A stretch of DNA of 64,000 bases. Source: Isurus oxyrinchus (Eukaryota). Both the position numbers and the translations under genes were made by a program. The notes beneath the pieces were generated by a model. It ran no database searches. It was not told the origin of the DNA and saw only the letters and a program-made list of their open reading frames with translations. The DNA lies in the NCBI GenBank assembly GCA_026770705.1, contig JANJGN010000008.1:50220001-50284000 (forward strand). The letters are read 5' to 3'. Positions 55,101-60,573 of the stretch are shown here, piece by piece; the stretch's first letter is position 1, and each line of letters begins with the position of its first letter.

Positions 55101-58100
55101 CTATTAGCAGGATCCCTTATGTTCCTTGTACACATATGAAATTGCATTAGTAAAAAGTTTACAGATGACACCAAGCAACAAGGTAGCTGAGATGTTACAA
55201 AGAACCCAATAAAGTTCGAACCAAAGATGATCAGTGAAAAACAAAGCTAAATACAGACAAATGCAAGGTAATGCAGACTTGAAATGAAGACAGGCATGGT
55301 ACTCCATTTGTGGAGCAGAACACGCCACTGGGGGAGGAAAAGGGCTGAGGCCCAAGTGATATGTCCAAGTAACATGAACGCTGATAAAGCATACAGGATA
55401 CTGGTTTATACATCAGTTAAATTAAATTTTTCAAAATTCAAGCTGAAGCTATAAAATTCCCCCATTTACTCCACTTGTCAGTGTCACATAAGTGAGTTGT
55501 CATAACCTGGAAATATAATGTAGAATGTGTTGAGGCTGACCCCAATAGCAAAAGGAAAAAAAGCTATAAGGAATGTCTTAATAAATAAGGATTTTTCAGC
55601 CAAAAAAAAACTTAGAATGAACTTAATAGATGTGTACAAAAGATATTTAACTTAACAGTGAAAGTAAAGCAAATAAAAATTTGGATACACTAGCCCAGCA
55701 GGGCATAAAAATTTCCTTATACCCCAGGTGATTAACAACTGGACCAGTTGGGAGAGGAAAAATGGTCAAAAGACAGGGTTTATTTACAAAACACCTAGAT
55801 AGTGCAAGTGAAAATGATACAGTTCGCATTTGCAAACCCTGAATGAAATATGGTTACAATAAGAGGTTCCAAAAATATATTTCCCATATAGTTTTTCAGA
55901 AATACTTCAATCTTAAATGCGAACATGATTTTCAGTCATCCTTAGTGCAAGAAAAATTACAGAAAGAACCTTAAAATATTTTTGTTTAAACAACTGCTGC
56001 TAACAGCAGAACTATAGAGAAGGTGCATATAATATCAAACTGGGAAAAAAACATCGAGTCTTAACCATCCTTTTCAAGAAGGGTACTGAAGGCAAGAAAA
56101 AAAAAACCTATAAATTTTAAACTAAAAATTTTGAAAAAAGCTTGTCCCAGGTTGTTGAGTTTACAGGCTAAACAAGAGCTGTATTTGTGTCTTGAAAAGC
56201 AGAGGTATAAGTTGTTAGCTAAACTGATGTAAATTTGAAAACACGGTTATGTTTGACACTTAGTTACTGTTATAATTTGCTACACAACAGCCAATTTGCA
56301 CAAATTCTCACACACAAGACAAATGACCAGAATCTGCTTTGGTGCTGGTCGAAGTAAATGTTGACCAGGACATTTGACATTAAAAACTTAGTACACTGTA
56401 GAGGTTGCTGATCTAAAAAGGGTCTCTCCCAAATTGCTGATTTTTAAAATGCTTGAATTTTTATTTTTTGTATTAGTACCCAAGTTTATATGCAAAAAAA
56501 TTGTTCCAATAACAGCCCATCTTTGAGTCGTTCTTATGTTAAACAATAACAGCCCATCTTTGAGTCGTTCTTATGTTAAACAATCTTCAGTATCTTTCCC
56601 ATTTTGGATGTTATCCACCACTCCAGGGAGTCAAGCAGTCCTGAATTTTCAGTTAAGTCGTCATTCTTCGTATACAAGCCTGGACAGAGTGTGCAAATGG
56701 TTTTGTGTGTGTGTATGCTGGGAATAATCACAGTTGAACATCCTGTCCTCAAATGATATCAAAGCATGCACTTTCCAGCAAAAAAGAAAATCACAACAGC
56801 AACTATGTGCCAGAATACTGGCTAATTTAATTTGTTTCCAGGCAAAATCACCGCCCCAAAACCAAAAGGTCATTTTAGAGCAAGGATCAATTCCTGAAGG
56901 ATTCTTCATGATCAGAAAGAGACAGAAAGGAATTAGAATGCTTTACAAAGAATTAGAAACTATAAATGATAGTTTAGCATAGCACAAGGTTCTTGAAATA
57001 TTTGCTAATTTGCCCCTCAATTTTGCTCCTTGGATAGTAATGATATAGGCAAACAGAGTGGATAGTACAGTGAACAAGACCTTAGCTTTTGACCTTCAGA
57101 ACCTGACTTCAAGTCCAGCTCCAGACTGATGGGATGAAACGCTCTCCTAGCAGTTCACTCTAATGGTGCTGTATGAAATTAGCTTGAACAGCATCAATCC
57201 AGATCCGAGTAAACATGGACCACAGCACAAAACTGCCCCTAAATTTAGCAACCTCCTAGGATCATGGGAAATGGGAAATATCACACTGGTAAAAATAGTG
57301 AGTGCTCATCCAAGATTATGGCTCAGAAACAGAACTACTATAGAAAAGAGAGTGCTTTACTCTAATCTGGCTGCGCTATATCTGATGTGGGAGTGTTTTA
57401 ATGCAGACTATAGATTTCTGAAATGGGTTTAATTCATTTTGAATTCAATTCAATTCAAATTTAACTCCAGTTAATCAGAACAATTAAAAAGAAAAACCAC
57501 ACAATTGGACAGCTTTCTGCCTTCTCCTCTACCTACCCAGAATCTTTAGTGCAACTTGTAGTTGCTGGTTTCAGCTCTCTTAGCTGCAGGTAATGAATGG
57601 TATGGGACAACCCAAGGAAGAAGACAAATGTTTTACAATGAGAATCACACCTCCACAGGAGGACAACAGGGCTCTCGCCTCCTAAGGGGCAAAACGTTCA
57701 TTTTTGAAATGCAACTGCTATCCATTCCAAGCTGTTGCAAATAGCATAATTCAGTTATATTTTTATGCCAAAAGGATATTACCTTTCATTTGAAAAATGA
57801 TTTTTTAAAAGAACTCATAACCCATTTTCACACAACTTCAGTCCAAATTAACAGATTCACAATACACTTAATATGCAGAGTTACATTAAATTACAACAAA
57901 GATTAGGCCTAACAGAACAAAGTTCTGCTAATATTTAAGTGACTGGCTGTGTTTTAATTCTGATGTGAAAGAGGTTTTGCTTGCAATAAATTTTGAACAA
58001 AATCCTAGGGTGTCATCATGCTACCACTAGGTGCCACTATTATAATTTACCACCGCAACAATAGCACAGAGTTTTAAAAAACACACTACAAACATCTACC

Positions 58101-60573
58101 ATCAGCCTACTAAGAGTTCACTAAGAAATTCAGTAAGTTTGAGTCTTATGTCCATGCTCTTTGGAGCTAAAATCCAATTAAGTCTGAAAAACAAACCACA
58201 TTCCTCATGAGTCAACTATTCAGCACTTTCAAAAATGTCCATTTATAATACCTAATATTTGCACTTTTGAATCCAAATTTTACACCACCTTCTCAAACTA
58301 ATTGAAACACTCCCCTCAATATCAAATATAACCTGGCATTAGAGAACCATATTTATGAAACCAGAAAAGTGTACCACTGTGACAACTCTCTTCTATTACT
58401 TTGTTTGGACAGTTCAAATTAGCATGATATTTAGAAGATGGGACTTTCCCATCGGATGAAAACTACATTAAATTCTTAAGTAAAGGCTAAGATCAGACTG
58501 ATTCGACACAATGTTTAAGTTTTGCCCATTTTCGAAAATTAGTGTTCCTTAATCCTTCATAAAGGGATACCTGAGAAGTGCAAGTTAGAATCAATTCATT
58601 CAGGTTCATAGTCTTAAGAATAAAGCATTTTGATTGGAAAATAGTAATACATTACAAGAGCTTTTGAAGCACATCAGCTTTATGTGAAACAGGAGGCTGA
58701 GTTTTGACTTCTTGATATACAAAATATAAATTTTGATTTTGAATTTTTACTGGAAGTGCTGCAGTTATAGCAAACTATTATTTAATGGCAGTACCTGCAA
58801 TTATAGTGTAAATGAGCTTCACTATTCACTCTACAATAAGGCAACATCAACTTCTCACAACAGCCACTGCATAACATTAAAATATAGAAGATTATATTTT
58901 CAGGCCAGTGGTTGGCTGGATTGTTTTTTACTTAAAAGTTTCTGTACTGTGGCAGCCAAATTCTAGTTGTTGCAAAGCCATTGGTGTGAAATAACCTCCT
59001 GGAAGTTGTTTCTTATCCAAAGCTGAATCTCAAACTTATTCCAATTTAACTGCAGTTATACTGCATATTACATTACTCAAAGTGGCACTGGCTTTGCAGT
59101 GACAAAATGTGTAATAAAACTGTCCCCCAAGTTGTACAATACTCTCTATTTCAGCTTCATGTGGTTTAAACTATTGTGGGACAAAGGTCGATAAAAACGA
59201 CAGACCAGTTACAAAATTGCCACATAAAAAGGTCAAAGGGATAGAACAAAAGTCAAAATCGAGATCCTGTCCCATGCATTTATACATGTAAATGGCAAAA
59301 CATGTCAATTTTAGCAAAAAAAAATCCTGATTATACTTTCAAGCTAATGTTTGTGATTTGCATGCCCATTTTACTTTTCATCTTATTAATGACACAAAGT
59401 GTCAATGAGAATTTATAAAGAACATTTATAAAAACTGGAAATCTGAAAATAGAACATGCTGACAATGCACAGCAAGTTAACAAGCATTGATAGAAAAAGA
59501 AAAGTTAACAGTTTGAAGTATGGTTCTTATAAAGGCAGTTCAATTGTGATGGAGTATCATAGTCAAAACATTAGTCTTACTTTCTCTTTCAGATAATGAT
59601 GATTAACTTCTCTGCACTTCCAGCATTTCAAGAATCAAGTACTATTTGAAAGGAATGGTATTAGTCAGCTGGCTTAAACAGCCTTGCTATTGCAATAGTT
59701 TGATTAAGCATTAGTGTGCTGTTAAATCTATAGTTCTGTGTCTCAATGGATCTAACAAAAAGTCCATTTGTACCTAAAAGCTAGTAGATGTGAGCAAAGG
59801 TAAAAGGTAAAGTTGACCAATTCTTAACCCACCTGCCATGATGTCATCAAGAGTGTCAGTTAGCGTCTGTGCTGGAGTTGCAACCATTAATCCATCAGGT
59901 GCTTGAGCTAAGAGTCCCTGTCCAAGTCCAGCAAGTTGTGCCTGTCCTAACAAAGGCTGGTTCACAATTACTCGCTGTAGATCAGGTACGTTAGTGATAG
60001 GATAAACAGAACTAGTAAAGTTTGGAGACACTTGTGTTGCTAAAGGTTGGATAGGAACAAACCCCATTTGGGTTGCAGGTGGCTGCTGCTGGCCATCTCT
60101 GTGCAAGATGGTGTCCACCTGAGGCAACTTTGAAAAGTCTTCCTCTGGCAGACAGTCACCAGTCCCCACCTGGGGGAACAGTCCTCCTTGTGGGCATTGC
60201 TGCTGTTGTTGCTGGAGCTGAAGTGTCTGCTGTTGACCCTTGGCTTCCAAGTACTCTTTGGTAAACTGCTGCTGAGTTTTCAGCTGCAATTCCCTTTCAA
60301 CTTTTTGCAGCTCTTTCAAAATCTTTTTCTTCTTCTGGACTTGCTCTTCTCTGCTCTTTTTTAGTTCTTCTATCTTGTCTTTGGTTAAAGTGTCTCCCTG
60401 AATCAACTCTAGTGACTTCAATTGTGCCTTCTCAATTGCGTTAATTCTTTGTCCCAGCTCTGTCAGCTTGCCTTCCGTTTCTTCCACAATGCATTCTAAA
60501 GGCTGGTATTCGTGGAAGGGCTGGACATCCTGTTCCGCTACCTGCAGGGGACTGGACTTCTGCTTGGATGTAC
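1045..60573 (-). CDS. ANKHD1: ANKHD1 (MASK1), spliced CDS, 20 exons in window; 5' part lies beyond 64000
   Basis: All 20 exons join in frame with GT-AG sites. Ankyrin repeats, KH domain (GRGG loop) and C-terminus WPGTWAPHIGN are present. Residues GTSKQKSS, GRAEVVSLL, GHFDVVQLL and FPSDIECMRY match ANKHD1 rather than paralog ANKRD17, as recalled. Confidence 0.93.
1195..1950 (-). mobile_element. Penelope-like retroelement remnant with inverted ends
   Basis: ORF 1540-1845 resembles the end of a Penelope GIY-YIG domain (VACHFNS...LIFPLGILQPFGLN); aaatgctggaaatact/atttccagcatttt inverted termini. Confidence 0.65.
2960..3420 (-). mobile_element. LINE 3' fragment (CR1/L2 group)
   Basis: minus strand reads NIHSLHYRRTVAAVCTIYKMHC; tail ending in an A-rich run; related decayed copies at ~5770-6280 and ~31080-31330. 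Confidence 0.7.
3500..3664 (-). CDS. ANKHD1: ANKHD1 penultimate coding exon, 165 nt (GLPLSMYG...DPAWNPMIKV...DPQQ); alternative acceptor at 3667
   Basis: ORF 3485-3700; acceptor ttcagcag|GGC, donor CAG|gtgag. Confidence 0.91.
4491..5382 (+). mobile_element. probable solo LTR
   Basis: termini TGTGATG...CATAGCA, flanks ctat/ctac (4-bp TSD, 1 mismatch), internal AATAAA. Confidence 0.5.
6390..6510 (-). mobile_element. Deu-domain SINE fragment (SacSINE1/AmnSINE-like)
   Basis: reverse complement of the taaagatcccatgg...ggtgtcctggccaa core seen at 6660-6810. Confidence 0.55.
6660..6812 (+). mobile_element. Deu-domain SINE fragment
   Basis: gaggaagtgctg...gagatgttaa...ttaaagatcccatgg...ggtgtcctggccaa matches the recalled Deu core; further decayed copies near 41400-41700 and 54270-54540. 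Confidence 0.6.
7368..8260 (-). mobile_element. probable solo LTR
   Basis: termini TGCTATGA...TTATAACA, flanks acgt/acat (4-bp TSD with CpG decay). Confidence 0.55.
8490..9546 (+). mobile_element. CR1 LINE 5' part (ORF1, SGNH/GDSL esterase-like), decayed
   Basis: IVLGDS and VHIVTN motifs, SVLDNQKCNC zinc-finger-like region; continues after the Gypsy insertion. Confidence 0.65.
9547..9764 (-). repeat. Gypsy 3' LTR
   Basis: direct repeat of 13888-14117; PPT TTAAGGGGGAGAAG abuts it at 9765-9778 on the minus strand. Confidence 0.88.
10265..13790 (-). pseudogene. Gypsy gag-pol pseudogene
   Basis: fragmented ORFs 12751-13338, 12436-12732, 11946-12416, 11411-11605, 10979-11377, 10265-10690. Confidence 0.85.
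13888..14117 (-). repeat. Gypsy 5' LTR
   Basis: direct repeat of 9547-9764; followed on the minus strand by PBS TGGCAACGAGGA, near-complementary to the tRNA-Ser(GCU) 3' end. Confidence 0.88.
14204..14594. mobile_element. Penelope-derived fold-back element with ~110-bp near-perfect inverted arms
   Basis: arm 14251-14360 is the reverse complement of 14485-14592; flanked by 14-bp direct repeat gttcaatgtaagga (14190-14203, 14595-14608). Confidence 0.8.
14595..16170 (+). mobile_element. CR1 LINE ORF2 remnant (APE endonuclease and RT C-terminus) with 3' tail
   Basis: NKADEL, GGVAILV, YCRPP, GNLNYP, SDHN and ERIQKRFTRML motifs with stops and frameshifts. Confidence 0.8.
16560..17280 (+). mobile_element. 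L2-type LINE fragments
   Basis: LGDF..H and PTHIHGHTLHL endonuclease motifs; tail cctgtgaagcaccttggg...aaaggtgctacataaatgcaag. Confidence 0.55.
17310..18698 (-). mobile_element. CR1 LINE, 5'-truncated, RT domain through 3' tail
   Basis: ORFs 18397-18684, 17959-18363 and 17396-17977 with QHGF, YLDFQKAFD, GVPQGSVLGP and FADD. Confidence 0.93.
18993..19190. repeat. short Penelope-derived inverted repeat
   Basis: ctggaaatctgaaataaaa...ctcagcagg paired with ctgcttagtatttccagcattttctgttttatatttca. Confidence 0.6.
19449..19624 (-). CDS. ANKHD1: ANKHD1 exon, 176 nt (GISGWSQGVMGGH...ERDDTGIVAPSNTFHQP...YNK)
   Basis: acceptor tcag|ATGGC, donor AAG|gttag. Confidence 0.92.
19738..19992 (-). CDS. ANKHD1: ANKHD1 exon, 255 nt (...DRKVPPPIGTERSARIRQ...GIWSFG...)
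   Basis: ORF 19670-20029; acceptor gtag|GTGAA, donor TCAG|gtgag. Confidence 0.92.
21950..22141 (-). CDS. ANKHD1: ANKHD1 exon, 192 nt (...QGPAPVGMPAPSFSRQHFSPHPW...)
   Basis: ORF 21918-22139; acceptor gaag|GAATG, donor ACAT|gtatgt. Confidence 0.9.
22510..22990 (-). mobile_element. decayed CR1 3' fragment
   Basis: aggaacaggagtaggctattcagc...gatcatggctgat tail like 17320-17560. Confidence 0.6.
23908..25556 (-). CDS. ANKHD1: ANKHD1 large exon, 1649 nt (end of KH domain plus S/T/P-rich region)
   Basis: ORF 23882-25528 (548 aa); acceptor tcag|AGGAGGC, donor ACAG|gtgag. Confidence 0.94.
27283..27311. repeat. poly-G tract (G29)
   Basis: direct observation. Confidence 0.9.
27470..27738 (-). mobile_element. 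tRNA-derived SINE, same family as 49580-49995
   Basis: reverse-complement matches to ggttgactct, gttcaaatcc and actggactag motifs. Confidence 0.55.
28007..28156 (-). CDS. ANKHD1: ANKHD1 KH-domain exon, 150 nt (SKKLSVPASVVSRIMGRGGCNITAIQDVTGAHIDVDKQKDKNGERMITI)
   Basis: acceptor ccag|GTCAAAG, donor TAAG|gtaac; KH GxxG loop. Confidence 0.94.
29185..29870 (+). mobile_element. Vingi/Ingi-like LINE fragment (region N-terminal to RT)
   Basis: degenerate RGFRK.FIPCW, LPEFLK.LGKKWLAKLFTN and LLLNRL motifs. Confidence 0.5.
29875..31000 (-). mobile_element. CR1 LINE 3' fragment, decayed
   Basis: collinear with 17310-18430, with many substitutions. Confidence 0.8.
31345..32095 (+). mobile_element. 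Vingi/Ingi-like LINE RT fragment
   Basis: YIENGFQKKLKTGIVLLD, GVPQGSVLAP, LGVTLNQTLSFREHLKKTAAKLKTRNNLLTKLAGSMWG, LALSYSTAEY. Confidence 0.7.
32345..32710 (+). mobile_element. CR1 LINE 3' end
   Basis: TYKILTGLDRV...RRNFFTQRVVSLWNSLP plus tail. Confidence 0.88.
32990..34380 (+). mobile_element. Vingi/Ingi-like LINE RT and C-terminal zinc-knuckle remnant, interrupted by a CR1 tail at ~34144-34290
   Basis: FTYADDLAL, LRPTQLNWLPVLAHIEPP, WATLNHLRTGQGKC, CECGH...HILNFCP, IHTASAEAIEW. Confidence 0.7.
35664..35819 (-). CDS. ANKHD1: ANKHD1 exon, 156 nt (...LTSPKRGQKREDGWKEVVR)
   Basis: acceptor atag|ATTGCAC, donor GAAG|gtaac. Confidence 0.92.
35920..36370 (-). CDS. ANKHD1: ANKHD1 exon, 451 nt (PIEPPSATTTTTIGISATS...)
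   Basis: ORF 35916-36359; acceptor acag|ATGAAG, donor CAAG|gtaag. Confidence 0.93.
36468..36633 (-). CDS. ANKHD1: ANKHD1 exon, 166 nt (SREESRKLALAAKREKRKEKRKKKKEEQKRK..., basic/NLS-like)
   Basis: acceptor atag|TCAAGG, donor GAAG|gtaagt. Confidence 0.92.
36954..37070 (-). CDS. ANKHD1: ANKHD1 exon, 117 nt (ELLKKCHQCMETIVKAKDQQAAEANKNASILLKELDLEK)
   Basis: acceptor ctag|GAACTG, donor AAG|gtggg. Confidence 0.93.
37840..37935 (-). CDS. ANKHD1: ANKHD1 exon, 96 nt (GHVKVVQYLVKEVNQFPSDIECMRYIATITDK)
   Basis: acceptor tcag|GGCCAT, donor AAA|gtgag. Confidence 0.93.
38386..39192 (-). mobile_element. Penelope-like element arm (GIY-YIG region plus terminal repeat)
   Basis: reverse complement of 39262-40100; minus-strand translation TFGPEKHPVYLSLPWKGKVS. 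Confidence 0.8.
38408..38443 (-). ncRNA. minimal type I hammerhead ribozyme motif (Penelope)
   Basis: CTGTC-CTGAGGA-GT(ccaac)AT-GAA-AAGCTT-T-GACAG: stem I CTGTC/GACAG, core CUGANGA and GAAA, palindromic stem III. Confidence 0.6.
39262..40100 (+). mobile_element. Penelope-like element arm (GIY-YIG region plus terminal repeat)
   Basis: translates FGPENCPVYLRL...SNVAYEFQCRCDTRYVG, a GIY-YIG signature. Confidence 0.8.
40044..40079 (+). ncRNA. minimal type I hammerhead ribozyme motif (Penelope), one core substitution
   Basis: CTGTC-CTGATGA-GT(acaac)AC-GAA-GAGCTT-C-GACAG. Confidence 0.55.
40403..40665 (-). mobile_element. Penelope terminal-repeat fragment
   Basis: taaaaacagaaaatgctggaaaaact head as in 1200 and 14230; CTGAAGA...GAAA motif at 40460-40498. 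Confidence 0.55.
40778..40940 (-). CDS. ANKHD1: ANKHD1 ankyrin exon, 163 nt (GAHIDVRNKKGNTPLW...AAFRK)
   Basis: ORF 40697-40957; acceptor gcag|AGGG, donor AAG|gtaaa. Confidence 0.94.
41053..41228 (-). CDS. ANKHD1: ANKHD1 ankyrin exon, 176 nt (TGLTPLMEAASGGY...CELLIN)
   Basis: ORF 41016-41210; acceptor ttag|ACTGGT, donor ACAG|gtatt. Confidence 0.94.
42330..43085 (+). mobile_element. L2-type LINE 3' fragment
   Basis: VRNPVVIFDP, YFHLHNI, ITPVLTDLHWL..QYLDFKIL and LWNS motifs; similar piece at ~61850-62250. Confidence 0.75.
43509..44202. mobile_element. non-autonomous DNA transposon/MITE (PIF-Harbinger-like TIR)
   Basis: GC-rich island with imperfect TIR ggggagaatttt/aagattcaggcc and internal palindrome gggcgggccaattaaggcccgccc. 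Confidence 0.55.
44485..44698 (-). CDS. ANKHD1: ANKHD1 ankyrin exon, 214 nt (TGSKLGISPLMLAAMNGH...EHRAK)
   Basis: ORF 44467-44670; acceptor gcag|GACG, donor AAG|gtaat. Confidence 0.94.
45425..46153. mobile_element. non-autonomous DNA transposon/MITE
   Basis: TIR gagccagaatttg/caaattcaggccc (11 of 13 match). Confidence 0.45.
46417..46559 (-). CDS. ANKHD1: ANKHD1 ankyrin exon, 143 nt (VVELLLARGANKEHRNVSDYTPL...EINS)
   Basis: acceptor taag|GTCGTG, donor CCAG|gtatt. Confidence 0.93.
46875..48050 (-). mobile_element. decayed CR1 LINE
   Basis: patchy collinearity with 17310-18600. Confidence 0.7.
48196..48341 (-). CDS. ANKHD1: ANKHD1 ankyrin exon, 146 nt (GFTPLILAATAGH...ACSGGRQE)
   Basis: acceptor ttag|GTTTT, donor GAG|gtgag. 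Confidence 0.93.
49580..49995 (+). mobile_element. tRNA-derived SINE with LINE-derived tail
   Basis: A-box-like tagcatagtgg, B-box-like tacaaatccc; tail matches the LINE 3' end at 2980-3110. Confidence 0.7.
50338..50449 (-). CDS. ANKHD1: ANKHD1 ankyrin exon, 112 nt (TESNHDTALTLACAGGHEELV...RDKK)
   Basis: acceptor ttag|ACCGAG, donor AAAG|gtatg; ankyrin motif. Confidence 0.93.
50565..51570 (-). mobile_element. decayed CR1 LINE
   Basis: CR1 tail and RT-terminal similarity. Confidence 0.7.
51725..51873 (-). CDS. ANKHD1: ANKHD1 exon, 149 nt (AVSSRMPSG...PLYPSVEIDAQ)
   Basis: acceptor ttttgcag|CAGTG, donor CAG|gtaaa; phase consistent. Confidence 0.9.
56507..56584. repeat. perfect 37-bp tandem duplication
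   Basis: caataacagcccatctttgagtcgttcttatgttaaa x2 plus caat. Confidence 0.92.
57045..57420 (+). mobile_element. tRNA-derived SINE resembling LF-SINE
   Basis: ordered blocks gcttttgacct, ttcaagtccagct, tatgaaattagc, caatccagatccgagtaaaca and ccacagcacaaaa parallel the LF-SINE consensus as recalled. Confidence 0.45.
59833..60573 (-). CDS. ANKHD1: ANKHD1 exon, 741 nt (coiled-coil/Q-rich linker GTSKQKSS...TLDDIMA)
   Basis: ORF 59774-60607; acceptor ttag|GTACATCC, donor GCAG|gtgggt; phase 1-1. Confidence 0.92.

Noticed and set aside
56507-56584. CRISPR-like repeat (37-bp unit)
   Set aside because: Two adjacent copies with no spacer, in a eukaryotic intron; simple tandem duplication or assembly artefact.
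56585-56665. Possible C/D snoRNA (ATGACGA...CTGA on the minus strand)
   Set aside because: Imperfect C box, no terminal stem and no recognisable rRNA antisense element.
1045-60573. Assignment as ANKRD17 (MASK2)
   Set aside because: Diagnostic residues as recalled (GTSKQKSS, GRAEVV, GHFDVV, SDIECMRY) fit ANKHD1 better; a tree or synteny check would settle it.
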